Assembly (NCBI GenBank): GCA_963734575.1
Contig: CAVTHT010000007.1
Span: forward strand, 224,549 to 288,548
Direction: 5' to 3'
From: an uncultured beta proteobacterium
GTDB lineage: Bacteria > Pseudomonadota > Gammaproteobacteria > Burkholderiales > Casimicrobiaceae
Length of the DNA: 64,000 nt
How positions within the stretch are numbered: the stretch's first letter is position 1; each line of letters starts with the position of its first letter. The notes beneath the pieces are model-generated. The model saw only the letters and a program-made list of their open reading frames with translations. It was not told the origin of the DNA and did not search any database. Shown here one piece after another: positions 50,427-62,531 of the stretch. The position numbers and the translations under genes are program-made.

Positions 50427-51582
50427 ATGTCCGCCCTGTTCGAGCCACTCCGCGCTGCGCGACCTCACGCTGCGCAACCGCATCGTCGTGTCGCCGATGT
50501 GCCAGTACTCCGCGGTCGATGGCTGCGCGACCGACTGGCACCTTGTGCACTGGGGCCAGCTGCTGCAATCCGGCGCCGGCCTCGTGTGCATCGAGGCCAC
50601 GGCCGTGAACGCGGAAGGCCGGATCTCTCCCGCCGACCTCGGGCTCTACGACGAGGCGTGCGAAACCGCGCTGGGCGATCGCCTGGCGCGCGCGCGGCGG
50701 CAGGCGCCTGCCGCCGCGGTCGGCCTGCAGCTCGCCCATGCCGGCCGCAAAGGCTCGTCGCGGCCGCCGTGGGAGACGGGATCGCTGGTGCCGCCGGAGG
50801 AAGGCGGTTGGATGCCTGTCGCGCCGTCGGCGGTGCCGCACGGCGAGGGTGAGCCCTCACCTGCGGCGCTGGACGAGCCCGGGCTGGCGCGGATCCGCGC
50901 GGATTTCGCCGCGACAGCGCGCCGCGCGGAGCGGATCGGCATCGATGCGCTCGAGATCCACATGGCGCACGGCTACCTCCTGCATCAGTTCCTGTCGCCC
51001 CTCGCGAACCGGCGCCACGATCGCTACGGCGGCGATTTCGAGAACCGGGTGCGCTTCCCGCTCGAGGTGTTCGATGCGGTGCGCGCTGCCTGGCCCGAGC
51101 GGCGTCCGCTCGGCGTCCGGGTGTCGGCCACCGACTGGGTCGACGGCGGCTGGACCCTCGAGGAAACGATCGAACTCGCGCAGCGCCTCAAGGCGCGCGG
51201 CTGCGACTGGATCGACGTGTCGAGCGGCGGCGTCTCGCCGCGTCAGAAGATTCCGGTCGGGCCCGGATACCAGCTGCCCTTCGCCCGGGAGATCCGCCAG
51301 CGTACGGGCATGACGACGATGGCCGTCGGCCTCATCACCGAGCCCATCCAGGCGGAAACGATCGTCGCCACTGGAGAAGCGGATCTCGTGGCCATGGCCC
51401 GGGCATTTCTCTGGGATCCGCGGTGGGCGTGGCATGCGGCCGCCGCACTCCGGGGTACCGTCGCCGCGCCGCGCCAGTATTGGCGGGCGTTGCCGCGCAA
51501 CGCCGCCGGCGCTTTCGGCGACACGACGACCGGCCGAGCGATGAATCCAGCCGGACTACCGGCGGGCAGCAAAACGCGTTAA
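50427..51582 (+). CDS. NADH:flavin oxidoreductase, Old Yellow Enzyme family (NemA/YqjM-like); frameshift at codon ~9
   Basis: MSALFEPL then LRDLTLRNRIVVSPMCQYSAVDGCATDWHLVHWGQLLQSGAGLVCIEATAV..HMAHGYLLHQFLSPLANRRHDRYGG..is the OYE TIM barrel. Confidence 0.8.
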
Positions 51583-51620
51583 AATCCAATACTTTCCCAC
51601 GTCGTCGCACCGGAGCCCGC

Positions 51621-51749
51621 ATGGCCGAACGCACCCGTACCCGCCGCAACACGCTCGAGCGCCGCTGCCTCGGCAAGTCGTACAAGCGCCTCTTCAACGG
51701 CTCCCCGAAGGGCATCTTCAAGATGCTCGAGAAGATCAAGAAGATCTGA
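51621..51749 (+). CDS. small basic hypothetical protein (42 aa, MAERTRTRRNTLERRCLGKSYKRLFNGSPKGIFKMLEKIKKI)
   Basis: Short ORF with an AT-rich leader (GTTAAAATCCAATACTTTCCCA). Its 3' third has atypically low GC. No recognisable family, and it could be non-coding. Confidence 0.25.
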   Translation: MAERTRTRRNTLERRCLGKSYKRLFNGSPKGIFKMLEKIKKI

Positions 51750-51862
51750 CGGCATCGCAGTCGTCGCATCGGGGCCGCGCGAGCGGCCCTCGTCGTTTCG
51801 GGAGTGCGGTGGCGCGTCCTGTGCGCGATCTTCGCGCCGCGCGGGCTGTCTGAGACCGGACC

Positions 51863-52435
51863 ATGCCGTTCGCGTACTACGGGCGCCTCTCTGCCGTGCA
51901 GCGCCGCATCTACCGCCGCAGCGACGCCCTCACGCCGCCCGAGCTGCCGCCGCACGTCGCCGCCGGCGACCTCGTGAGTGCGATCGCACGCGCGCTCGCA
52001 TCCGCCGATCGCCTTGACCTGCAGCGCGCGTGCCAGGCGCTGGTCGACCGGCTCGTCGACGCCTTTCGCGTGCCGCCGATCCGCGTGCGCGTGCTCGCGC
52101 GCCGACCGAGCGACGATTACGGCGAGCTGCATGGTCTTTACGAACCGGGCGAGGGCCGGCGGCGCGCGCACATCACCGTCTGGATGCGTACCGCGAAGCG
52201 CGCGCAGGTCGTCGCCTTTCGCTCGTTCCTGCGCACGCTGATCCACGAGATCGGCCACCACCTCGACTACGAGCTGTTCATGCTCGAGGAGACCTTCCAC
52301 ACGGAAGGCTTCTACAAGCGCGAATCGAGTCTGACCAACGCGTTGCTGGCGCAGCACGCGTCCGCCGCCGCGCCGGGAAATCCTGATCCCGGCGCTGCAA
52401 AGGCGCCGTCGCGCGGCAGCAGCGGGATCGAGTAG
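51863..52435 (+). CDS. putative zinc-dependent hydrolase with HExxH motif (LIHEIGHHLDYE), family unresolved
   Basis: 190-aa ORF with host-like codon usage, HEIGHH and a downstream E. A minimal metallopeptidase-like fold is plausible. Confidence 0.5.
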   Translation: MPFAYYGRLSAVQRRIYRRSDALTPPELPPHVAAGDLVSAIARALASADRLDLQRACQALVDRLVDAFRVPPIRVRVLARRPSDDYGELHGLYEPGEGRRRAHITVWMRTAKRAQVVAFRSFLRTLIHEIGHHLDYELFMLEETFHTEGFYKRESSLTNALLAQHASAAAPGNPDPGAAKAPSRGSSGIE

Positions 52436-52449
52436 AATTCCGTTCCCAT

Positions 52450-52522
52450 CGGCTCCGAGGAGCGCTGCAATCCGGACCTTCCGGACCAGGCTCGGGGCCT
52501 CGCTTCCGCAACGGCGCTCGTT
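52450..52522 (+). ncRNA. SAH (S-adenosylhomocysteine) riboswitch in the ahcY leader
   Basis: GCUCCGAGGAGCGCUGCAA..AGGCUCGG..CAACGGCGCUCG matches the SAH-riboswitch core (CCGAGGAGCGCUGCAAC..GGCUCGG..CAACGGCGCUCA). It lies ~70 nt upstream of the ahcY ATG on the same strand. Confidence 0.7.
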
Positions 52523-52594
52523 AACCGTGACCGCTCACGGGACAACGGGCCTTCCTGCCGTTGCCAGCACGGCGGTCACCAACGAGGAGACTCG

Positions 52595-54013
<1,419 letters not shown>

Positions 54014-54077
54014 GCGCGCTGACGGGTCCGGGGCGCGAGCTTCGGCCCGAGGCTTATTGCAACATCGGGAGGCAAGC

Positions 54078-54998
54078 ATGCGCGTCGCAGTGATGGGCTC
54101 GGGCGGCGTGGGCGGATACTTCGGCGCGCGGCTCGCCCAGCGGGCCACGACGTCACGTTCATCGCCCGCGGCCGACATCTCGCGGCGATGCGCGAGCGCG
54201 GTCTGCGGTGCGCAGCGCACCGGCGACGTTCATCTCAGCCCACCCAGTGCGACCGACGATCCGTCGGCGCTCGCGGCATCGACGTGGTGCTGTTCGCGGT
54301 GAAGCTGTGGGACACCGACGCCGCGGTGCGCAGAATCGCGCCACTCGTGGCGCACGGGGCCTCGGTCATCCCGTTCCAGAACGGCGTCGAGAGCATGGAG
54401 CGCATCGGCTGCGGTGGTGGGACGCGAGCGCGTCCTCGGCGGCACCGCGCACATCGCCGCGTCGATCGGCGAGCCGGGCGTGATCGTGCACACTCGGCAC
54501 GATGCAGCGCATCCGCGTCGGCGCGGCCGCAGGCGATCCGCCGCCAGTCGCGCGGAGCTGATCGCCGCCTTGAAGGCGGCCGGTGCCGATGCCGATATCG
54601 GCCGCGACATCGTGCGGGCGCTGTGGGAGAAGTTCGGGTTCCTGGTGGCGCTTTCCGGCATGACCACGGCGACGCGCCACCCGTGGGCGTCGATCCGTGC
54701 GGACCCGGACATGCGCGCGGTGTTCGAAGCCGCGATCACCGAAGCCTGGCGGTCGGCCGGGCGCGCGGCGTGAAGCTCGCCGACGACTACGTCGCGGCGC
54801 AGATGCGCTTCGCGGACGGCCTGCCGCGCGGAGATGAAGGCGTCGATGCTCCACGACCTCGCGAACGGCAACCGCCTCGAGGCGCCGTGGCTCTCGGGCG
54901 CAGTCGCGCGCATGGGCCGCGAGCTCGGCATCGCGACGCCGGTGCACGCGACGCTCTATGCCGCCGTCAAGCCCTACATCGACGGCGCGCCACGCTGA
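54078..54998 (+). CDS. ketopantoate-reductase-family protein (PanE/ApbA-like paralog); at least 4 frameshifts
   Basis: MRVAVMGSGGVGGYFGARLAQ.. / ..DVHLSP..DDPSAL.. / ..VDVVLFAVKLWDTDAAVRRIAPLVAHGASVIPFQNGVE.. / ..ALWEKFGFLVALSGMTTATRHPWASIRADPDMRAVFEAAITEAW.. / ..LHDLANGNRLEAPWLSGAVARMGRELGIATPVHATLYAAVKPYIDGAPR* spread over several frames. Confidence 0.6.
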
Positions 54999-55007
54999 GG
55001 AGGATCC

Positions 55008-55355
55008 ATGCGCCTGCTGCTCGTCTGGCTCATCAACGCCGTCGCGCTGTTCGCGCTGCCCTACGTGCTGCCGTTCGTGCACGTGCGCGACTTCATGTCG
55101 GCGCTCGTCGCGGCGCTGATCCTCGGACTCATCAACACCCTGATCCGGCCCCTGCTCGTGCTGCTCACGCTGCCCGTGACGGTGCTCACCCTCGGCCTCT
55201 TCATCTTCGTGATCAACGGTCTCCTGTTCTGGGCCGTGGGCACGTGGGTGGAAGGGTTCAGGGTGGACGGCTTCTGGGCCGGCGTGTTCGGCGCGATCGT
55301 GTACAGCATCATCTCGTGGCTGCTGTCGGCCATCCTCCTGCGCAACCGTGATTGA
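55008..55355 (+). CDS. phage-holin-4-family (Phage_holin_4_2 / DUF360) membrane protein
   Basis: 115-aa 3-4 TM protein. Conserved position between ahcY and metF in Burkholderiales. Confidence 0.6.
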   Translation: MRLLLVWLINAVALFALPYVLPFVHVRDFMSALVAALILGLINTLIRPLLVLLTLPVTVLTLGLFIFVINGLLFWAVGTWVEGFRVDGFWAGVFGAIVYSIISWLLSAILLRNRD

Positions 55356-56210
55356 TTCCATCGCCATCGCCCGGCGGCGCGCCCGGCCGCCTCTGCAGCT
55401 TCGAGTTCTTCCCGCCCAAGACGCGCGGAAGGCGCGGGCCAAGCTGCGCGCGACGTGGCGGCAACTCGCCCAGCTGCATCCGGCATTCTTCTCGGTGACC
55501 TACGGCGCAGGCGGGTCGACCCGCGAGGGCACGCTCGCGACGGTGCTGCAGATCCGCGAGGAAGGACTGCCGGCGGCGCCGCACCTCTCGTGCATCGGCT
55601 CGTCGCGCGCGGGCATCAGCGAAGTGCTCGCACAGTATCGCGAGCAGGGCATCCGCCATCTCGTGGCGCTGCGCGGCGACCTGCCGTCGGGCTCGATGGA
55701 TGCCGGCGAGTTCCGTTACGCGAGCGAGCTCGTCGCGTTCATCCGCAGCGAGACCGGCGACTGGTTCCACGTCGACGTCGCCGCGTATCCGGAGGTGCAT
55801 CCGCAGGCGCGCACGGCGCACGAGGACCTCGACGCCTTCCGCCGCAAGGTCGATGCCGGGGCCGATTCCGCGATCACGCAGTACTTCTTCAATCCCGACG
55901 CCTACTGGCAGTTCGTCGACCAGTGCGCGGCGGCGGGCACTTCCATCCCCGTCGTGCCGGGGATCATGCCCATCGGCAGCTTCACGCAAGCTCGCGCGCT
56001 TCTCGGATGCGTGCGGTGCGGAGATACCGCGCTGGATCCGCAAGCGGCTGGAAAGCTTCGGTGACGATGCGGCGTCGATCCGCGCCTTCGGTCTCGACGT
56101 CGTCACCGATCTCTGCGCCGGGCTGCTCGAGCGCGGCGCGCCGGGCCTGCACTTCTACACTCTCAACCAGGCGGCGCTCAGCACGACCATCTGGCAGCGT
56201 CTCGGGCTTT
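55348..56210 (+). CDS. metF: 5,10-methylenetetrahydrofolate reductase; frameshifts near 55400 and 56000; true start unresolved
   Basis: ..SFEFFPPKT.. (alternate frame) / ..KLRATWRQLAQLHPAFFSVTYGAGGSTREGTLATV..APHLSCIGSSRAG..IRHLVALRGD..AAYPEVHPQARTAHEDLDAFRRKVDAGADSAITQYFFN..IPVVPGIMPIGSF / ..TKLARFSDACGAEIPRWIRKRLE..APGLHFYTLNQAALSTTIWQRLGL*. Confidence 0.8.
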
Positions 56211-56265
56211 GAGCCGAGGCGCCGGTCGCTGGCTGGCCGTGCGCGCCCGGGCGTAAGCTGTCCCG

Positions 56266-56649
56266 GTGAAGAACACCCCGACTTATCTCGACCACGTGCT
56301 CGAGCTGATGCGGCCGACCGCGGTCGCAACCACGCGCGCCATGTTCGGCGGGCACGGCGTGTACATCGACGGCCTCATCGTCGCGATCGTCATCGACGAC
56401 GTGCTGTACCTCAAGACGGACGACGAGAACCGCGCCGTATTCGCGGGGCTCGGCCTCGAGCCGTTTCGCTACGTCACCAAGGAAGGCGACGTGCACGTCA
56501 TGAGCTACTACCGCGCACCGGCCGATGCGCTGGAAGGTCCCGCGGACATGGCGCCATGGCTGCAGTCGGCACATGCCGCGGCGCTGCGGCGCAAAGGCGC
56601 ACCGCGCAAGGCGGCGAAGCGTGCCCGCGGCGGCGTCGCGCAGGACTGA
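56266..56649 (+). CDS. TfoX/Sxy N-terminal-domain protein
   Basis: ..FGGHGVYIDGLIVAIVIDDVLYLKTDDENRAVF..is the TfoX_N signature. Confidence 0.6.
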   Translation: MKNTPTYLDHVLELMRPTAVATTRAMFGGHGVYIDGLIVAIVIDDVLYLKTDDENRAVFAGLGLEPFRYVTKEGDVHVMSYYRAPADALEGPADMAPWLQSAHAAALRRKGAPRKAAKRARGGVAQD

Positions 56650-56664
56650 CGCGCGACCGGTCGA

Positions 56665-57384
56665 TCAGCGCGCGGCGGGAGCGTACGCGACGAGCTCGAG
56701 CAGCGCGTGCTGGCTGCGGATCGCCCCGCTGTCGATCTTCCCGGACTTCTCGAAGTACTGGGCTTCCTTCTCTTCGCGCACCACGGCCCTGACCGCCGGC
56801 GCGTACCAGAGGAGATACGTGCAGTCGGTGCGCTCGCGCCAGAACTCCTCGTCGTCGAGGTGCATCACCACGTGCAGCGCGATTGCGTCGAAGGTGCCCG
56901 CGGGCGTGGCGATCTTGCGCCAGCCGCCGACGCTGACGTAGCGGTTGAGGTCGCCCGTGCGCTGCGTCTGCTCGTTGTAATTGCGCACCCACTGGTTCCA
57001 GCGCTTGCCGGGCTCCAGCGGGAACTCGTAGCGACGCAGGTCCTCCTCGAAGCGACGCGTCTCCTCGTCGAACACGGCGCCCACCTTCACGAGGCCCGGC
57101 CCCGTCCACTGCTCCGTGCGCTCGTTGTTGACCGAGGGGCCATGTTGCGTCACGCGCACGGTGACTCGTCCGTCGCCCGCGCTCAATACCTCGCGCGTCT
57201 CTTCCCAGACCATGGGTCGGAGGAACCCATCCTGGGCCCGGTAGACCCAGCGGTCGCCGACCGCGTAGCTGGGTGCGGGCACCGAGGGCCCGTCCTGCCC
57301 GATCGGAAAGGTGCCGCCGCAGCCGGCAACCAGCAGGGCCGCGCCGGCGCACAAGGCGCGACGGATCCTCGAGAACGATGCAGA
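56665..57384 (-). CDS. hypothetical lipoprotein
   Basis: MSASFSRIRRALCAGAALLVAGCGG lipobox, then a 240-aa soluble domain with no recognised family. Confidence 0.45.
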   Translation of the reverse strand, partial: SASFSRIRRALCAGAALLVAGCGGTFPIGQDGPSVPAPSYAVGDRWVYRAQDGFLRPMVWEETREVLSAGDGRVTVRVTQHGPSVNNERTEQWTGPGLVKVGAVFDEETRRFEEDLRRYEFPLEPGKRWNQWVRNYNEQTQRTGDLNRYVSVGGWRKIATPAGTFDAIALHVVMHLDDEEFWRERTDCTYLLWYAPAVRAVVREEKEAQYFEKSGKIDSGAIRSQHALLELVAYAPAAR

Positions 57385-57476
57385 CATGATGCCTCCGGGC
57401 GTGGCTGCGCGCTCTGGCGGCGCGTATGCGGAGGACACCGCGCGCGCCCGGCAGTTCCGGTCGCGTCGCTCCTTGC

Positions 57477-57806
57477 TCACCCCGCGCGCAGGCCTTCGAT
57501 GTTGAGGCCGATGACGCCGATCACGATCAGCACCATGCTGCCGATCTTGAGCGGCGTGAGCGGCTCGCGAAACACGGCGTAGCCGATGAGTGCGATCAGC
57601 GCCATGCCCACGCCCGACCAGATGGCGTAGGAGATGCTCATGTCGATTCGCTTCACGGCGATCGTCATCAGGGCGAACGACAGCGCGTAGAACACGAACA
57701 GCAGGACCGAGGGCACGAGTCGCGTGAAGCCCTGCGACAGCTTCATCGACGTCGTGCCGGCAACCTCGAGCACGATCGCTCCCGCGAGACACAGCCAGTG
57801 CAGCAT
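57477..57806 (-). CDS. SMR-family small multidrug/quaternary-ammonium efflux protein (EmrE/SugE-like)
   Basis: MLHWLCLAGAIVLEVAGTTSMKLSQGF.. 4-TM protein of ~109 aa with the conserved membrane-embedded Glu. Confidence 0.75.
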   Translation of the reverse strand: MLHWLCLAGAIVLEVAGTTSMKLSQGFTRLVPSVLLFVFYALSFALMTIAVKRIDMSISYAIWSGVGMALIALIGYAVFREPLTPLKIGSMVLIVIGVIGLNIEGLRAG

Positions 57807-57820
57807 GGCGTTGCGGGGAT

Positions 57821-58516
57821 TCAGGGCGCCGGTGACACGACGGCGAGCTCGACGTCGTCGAGCCACACCGAGCCGGCGCCGCGCAGCAGGATGCCCACCT
57901 CGACGAGTTCCGCGTCGGGCGGGATGGCGAGCACGACCTCGCGTTGGGTCCAGTCGTGCGAGCCGCGGATGATGTGATCGGCGAGCGTGTTGTACGCGAG
58001 CGGCGAGCCACCCTTCTTGGCCTGCAGCTGCAGCGCCGTTCCCCAGCCCGCCCGGCGGCCGCCGGCATCGCGTGCCTTCACCCAGCCGCGCAGGCGCAGT
58101 GTCTTCCCGGCGAGGCCCGTCACCGGCACCGCCTGGTAGATGGCGCCGAAGGGCTCCGGGCCGATGTTGTCGATGCGCAGGCTATGCCGCCCGCCGTGGC
58201 GCTCGGCTTCGTCGAGCGTGAACAGGTACGACGGCGCGCCCGCATGCTGTCCCGTGACCCAGCCGGGCGGGTCCTCCGTTGTCGGCTTTTCCTCGAAGCC
58301 AGGATTGCGCAGCTTGACGAGGCTGGCGCCGCCCGTCGCCGGGGCCGCTGCGACTGCGGGTGCCCCCGTCTGCTCGGCGCGCGGGCGCAGGGGCACGCGT
58401 CCGGCAGAGGCCGGGGTGTTCACCTGCGACTCGGCCTCCTTCGCCGGCTCGGCTGCGGTAGCCGCGCCCGCCGCGGCGGCGAGCGTGAGTCCCAGGAGCA
58501 GATGCAGCGCGGACCT
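57821..58516 (-). CDS. secreted hypothetical protein (~231 aa); GTG start overlaps the ilvD stop
   Basis: [25 protein letters not shown] signal peptide. C-terminal beta-rich domain (..[33 protein letters not shown]..) resembles a jelly-roll/CBM-like fold. Lies in the same frame as the post-frameshift tail of the long 57821..60199 ORF. Confidence 0.45.
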   Translation of the reverse strand, partial: RSALHLLLGLTLAAAAGAATAAEPAKEAESQVNTPASAGRVPLRPRAEQTGAPAVAAAPATGGASLVKLRNPGFEEKPTTEDPPGWVTGQHAGAPSYLFTLDEAERHGGRHSLRIDNIGPEPFGAIYQAVPVTGLAGKTLRLRGWVKARDAGGRRAGWGTALQLQAKKGGSPLAYNTLADHIIRGSHDWTQREVVLAIPPDAELVEVGILLRGAGSVWLDDVELAVVSPAP

Positions 58517-60199
58517 CACGGCGCCGCGTCCGTGATCGCCCCGAGGCTCGCCGTCGACACGAGGCGCATGTACTTCGCGAGCACGCCGCGCTCGAACCGC
58601 GGCGCAGGCGCCTTCCAGCGTGCGCGGCGCCGGGCGATCTCGTCCTCCGCCACGTTGAGCTGGATCAGCAGCCGATGCGCGTCGATGGTGACGGAGTCGC
58701 CTTCCTCCACCAGGGCGATCGAGCCCGCCGACGTAGGCTTCCGGCGCGACGTGGCCGACGACCATTCCCCAGGTGCCGCCGCTGAAGCGCCCATCGGTGA
58801 TGAGCCCCACGGACTCGCCGAGCCCCTGTCCGATCAGGGCCGAAGTGGGCGCCAGCATCTCCTGCATGCCCGGCCCGCCCTTCGGGCCCTCGTAGCGGAT
58901 CACGATCACGTCGCCGGCCTGGATCTTCTTCGCCATGATCGCGTCCATGCACTCGTTCTCGGAGTCGAAGACGCGCGCAGGACCGGTGATCACCGGGTTC
59001 TTGAGCCCCGTGATCTTCGCCACGCAGCCCTCCGGCGCCAGGTTGCCCTTGAGGATCGCGAGATGGCCCTGCGCGTACATCGGGCGGCCCCAGGGCCGGA
59101 TGACTTCCTGGTCGGCGCGCGGTTCGGCGGGCACGCTCGCGAGTTCCTCTGCCATCGTGCGTCCCGTGATGGTCATGCAGTCGCCGTGCAGCAGACCATG
59201 GTCGAGCAGCATGCGCAGCACCTGCGGCACGCCCCCGGCGCGATCGAAATCGACCGCGACGAAGCGTCCCGAGGGCTTCAGATCGCACATGACCGGCACG
59301 CGGCGGCGGATGCGCTCGAAATCGTCGATCGTCCATTCGACCCCGGCCGCGGAGGCGATAGCGAGATAGTGCAGCACCGCATTCGTCGATCCGCCCGTCG
59401 CCATGACGAGGGTGATCGCGTTCTCGATCGACTTGCGCGTGATGATGTCCCGCGGCCGCAGGTTCTTCTTCACCGCCTCGACCAGCACCCGCGCCGATGC
59501 CGCCGCAGAATCCGCTTTCTCGGGATCGGGTGCTGCGAGCTGGGACGAGCCGAGCAGGCTCATGCCGAGCGCCTCGAACGAGGAGGACATCGTGTTGGCC
59601 GTGTACTGCCCGCCGCATGCTCCGACGGTGGGACAGGCGTTGCGCTCGATGCCGTCGTAATCCTCCTTCGACATCTTGCCGGCCGCGAACGCGCCCACCG
59701 CCTCGAAGGGGGACACGATGGTCAGCGCCTGGCCCTTCCAGAAGCCCGGCTTGATCGTCCCGGCGTAGACGAAGATGCCGGGCTGGTTGATGCGCGCGAT
59801 CGCCATCATGCTGCCCGGCATGTTCTTGTCGCAGCCGCCGACACAGAGCACGCCGTCCATCAGCTGGCCGTTCACCGCGACCTCGATGGAATCGGCGATC
59901 ACCTCGCGCGACACCAGCGAGTACTTCATTCCGTCCGTGCCCATGCCGATACCATCGGTGACGGTCGGGAAGCCGAAAACCTGCGGCATCGCGCCGGCGT
60001 CGTGGAGCGCCGCCATCGCGCGATCGACCAGCGGCTGGATGCCGGCATTGCACGGATTCATCGTGCTGTGGCCGTTGGCGACGCCGATGATCGGCTTCTC
60101 GAAATCGCCATCGCCGAAGCCGACGGCGCGCAGCATGGCGCGGTTGGGCGAACGGGCGATGCCCTGGGTGATGAGGTGGGAACGGCGATTGAAGGCCAT
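58516..60199 (-). CDS. ilvD: dihydroxy-acid dehydratase; frameshift near 58745
   Basis: [83 protein letters not shown].., then the C-terminus ..[64 protein letters not shown] in the 58794 frame. Confidence 0.9.
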
Positions 60200-60297
60200 G
60201 CGGGCTCCGGGGGGCGGTGGTCGGCGCTGCGATGGGGGCGGCGCCTTACGATGTCATAATCGAAACGCCCGATTCTAACAACCAACATTGGCGACGC

Positions 60298-61140
60298 ATG
60301 CTGGTCCACCCCGAGTTCGACCCGATCGCGTTCACCATCGGCCCGTTCCACATCGGCTCCGCGACGCTCGCGCTGCCGGTGCGCTGGTACGGGCTCATGT
60401 ACCTCGTGGGCTTCATCCTGTTCGTCGTGCTCGGCAAGCTGCGCGCGCGGCAGAACCTGCTGACCGGCTGGCACCCGCGCGATGTGGACGACATGCTGTG
60501 GTACGGCATCTTCGGCGTGATCCTCGGCGGCCGGCTGGGCTACGTGCTGTTCTACAAGCCGTTCTACTACCTCGAGCACCCGCTCGAGGTGTTCCAGGTA
60601 TGGACGGGGGGCATGAGCTTCCACGGCGGGTTCATCGGCGTGCTGATCGCGCTGTGGCTGTTCGCCCGCAACCGGCGCAAGCGCTGGCTCGCGGTCACCG
60701 ATTTCGTCGCCCCGCTCATCCCGCTGGGGCTGGGGGCGGGTCGCATCGGCAACTTCATCAACGGCGAGCTGTGGGGACGCGTCACGGACGTGCCCTGGGG
60801 GATGGTGTTCCCGTACGCCGGGCCGCAGCCGCGGCATCCGTCGCAGATCTACGAGTTCCTGCTCGAAGGCGTGGTGCTTTTCCTCGTGCTCTGGACCTAC
60901 ACGAGCCGCCGCCGGCCGCTCGGCGCCGCGTCGGGATTGTTTCTCGTGGGCTACGGAACGTGCCGCTTCATCGCCGAGTTCGGTCGCGAGCCCGATAGCT
61001 TCCTCGGTCTGCTCGCGCTCGGCTGGTCGATGGGGCAGTGGCTATCGTTCCCGATGATCGTCGCGGGCCTGACGATGATGGTGTGGGCGTACCGGCGCTC
61101 GGGGAAGGCCCAGCCGACGGTGATCGATCACCTCAAGTGA
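60298..61140 (+). CDS. lgt: phosphatidylglycerol:prolipoprotein diacylglyceryl transferase
   Basis: ..[72 protein letters not shown].. Intact. Confidence 0.9.
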   Translation: MLVHPEFDPIAFTIGPFHIGSATLALPVRWYGLMYLVGFILFVVLGKLRARQNLLTGWHPRDVDDMLWYGIFGVILGGRLGYVLFYKPFYYLEHPLEVFQVWTGGMSFHGGFIGVLIALWLFARNRRKRWLAVTDFVAPLIPLGLGAGRIGNFINGELWGRVTDVPWGMVFPYAGPQPRHPSQIYEFLLEGVVLFLVLWTYTSRRRPLGAASGLFLVGYGTCRFIAEFGREPDSFLGLLALGWSMGQWLSFPMIVAGLTMMVWAYRRSGKAQPTVIDHLK

Positions 61141-61225
61141 GCTAGCAGCGGCGTAAGGCGCGGCGCGATCCGGCCGCGCATCAGCAGCCGGCGCACCACA
61201 CCCGGCCTGCGTGCAATGCGCGCGG

Positions 61226-61624
61226 TCAGTCGAGGCGCCGGAAATCGCCGTCGATGGCGCGCGGGCGCCGCGCCGGCGCCGGAACGGTCTGCGGTCCGTA
61301 GGCGTGGCCGACATTGAGCGGCAGCGCGAGCAGCAGGAGCGCCATCACGTCGCTGACCACGCCGGGCAGGCACAGCAGCAGTCCTGCGAGCACCTTGCGC
61401 CCGCTGTCCACCAGTCCGCGCAGGAGCGATTGCTCGCCATGCATCACTGCCACCGTGGCCGAGCGGAACGCGTTGCGCTCGGCGCGAAGCAGGGAGAAGC
61501 CCGCGAGCGTCGAGCACGCGAGCCAGAGCCATACCGGAATGCCGGTCCAGTGCGCGACTCGCACCGTCGCGTAAAGGTCCGCGACGGGGAAACCCAGTAC
61601 AATCCCGAGCAGGATGTAACGCAT
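61226..61624 (-). CDS. fxsA: FxsA family cytoplasmic membrane protein
   Basis: MRYILLGIVLGFPVADLYATVRVAHWTGIPVWLWL.. is the FxsA signature. The internal M is taken as the start. Confidence 0.6.
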   Translation of the reverse strand: MRYILLGIVLGFPVADLYATVRVAHWTGIPVWLWLACSTLAGFSLLRAERNAFRSATVAVMHGEQSLLRGLVDSGRKVLAGLLLCLPGVVSDVMALLLLALPLNVGHAYGPQTVPAPARRPRAIDGDFRRLD

Positions 61625-61961
61625 GGAACACTCCTTGGCCGGCGAGGCGATCCTGGTCCTGACGCAACTGCCCGACCGCGCCTCGGCCAACACGCTTGCG
61701 CGTGCTCTCGTCGAGGCGAAGATCGCCGCCTGCGTCAACGTCGGCGCGCCCGTCGATTCACTCTATCACTGGCGCGGGCAAATCGAAACTGCAACCGAAG
61801 TACCGGTCATCATCAAGACCCGGCGCGACCGCTACGATGCCGTCGAGTCGGCGATCCGGGCGCGCCATCCGTACGAACTTCCCGAGATCATCGCAGTCCC
61901 GATCACCGATGGCCTGGCGCCTTATCTGCAGTGGATTACGGCCGAGACTTCCGGAACGTGA
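61623..61961 (+). CDS. cutA: divalent-cation tolerance protein CutA
   Basis: 112-aa ORF ..ILVLTQLPDRASANTLARALVEAKIAACVNVGAPVDSLYHWRGQIETATEVPVIIKT.. is the CutA1 fold. Confidence 0.8.
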   Translation: MEHSLAGEAILVLTQLPDRASANTLARALVEAKIAACVNVGAPVDSLYHWRGQIETATEVPVIIKTRRDRYDAVESAIRARHPYELPEIIAVPITDGLAPYLQWITAETSGT

Positions 61962-61986
61962 ACCAGTTCCCGCGCCACGCGGCTTT

Positions 61987-62495
61987 TTGACGGCCCGGCG
62001 GCAGCGCGCCGGCGTCGCGGCGCGCATCGCAGCCTTTGCGCTGCTTTGCGTCGCGGCGATCGCGAGCGGGCAGGCGCCCGACCTCCTCGAGAACGAGCGC
62101 GCGTTCGCCTTCGCGGCGCGGGCCCTCGATCCCGGCACCATCGAGGTGCGGTTCGTGGTCGCGCCGGGCTACTACCTTTATCGCGACAAGCTCCGCTTCG
62201 CCGTCGACCCGGGGATCCTCGGCGCGGCACCGGACCTACCGCGTGGACAAGATGAAGCACGATGAGTTCTTCGGCGACAGCGAAACATACCGCGGCACGT
62301 TGCTCGTGCGCCTTGCGGTGGATCAGGTGCGCGCCGGACAGCCGGTGACGGTCAGCGCCGAATCCCAGGGGTGCGCGGATCTCGGCGTCTGCTATCCCCC
62401 CGCAACGACAGCAGGTCGTGGTCACCGTGCCGCGCCCGCGGGCGCGTGCCGCGGCATTCGTCGAGGCGGCGCCGAAGCACGGGTGGTTCCGATGA
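61987..62495 (+). CDS. DsbD N-terminal (alpha) domain protein only; membrane beta and thioredoxin gamma domains of DsbD absent; 2 frameshifts (near 62245 and in a C6 run at 62396-62401); TTG start assumed
   Basis: Signal MTARRQRAGVAARIAAFALLCVAAIASGQA/ then ..FAFAARALDPGTIEVRFVVAPGYYLYRDKLRFAV.. / ..KHDEFFGDSETYRGTLLVRLAVDQVRAGQPVTVSAESQGCADLGVCYPP.. are colinear with E. coli DsbD residues ~20-145. A stop at 62493 follows in the corrected frame. Confidence 0.6.
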
Positions 62496-62531
62496 CGCCG
62501 CAAACAGGCAACGCGCCGGCGAATCACCGCG

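Noticed and set aside
51335-52357. 340-aa ORF on the minus strand
   Set aside because: It is antisense to the OYE 3' end, the small ORF and the HExxH gene. It has a low-complexity Arg-rich product and no homology.
57821-60199. Single 792-aa ORF 57821..60199
   Set aside because: It is a chimera. IlvD (ending in its proper frame at 58516) is joined by a frameshift to the downstream secreted-protein gene, which has its own GTG start and signal peptide.
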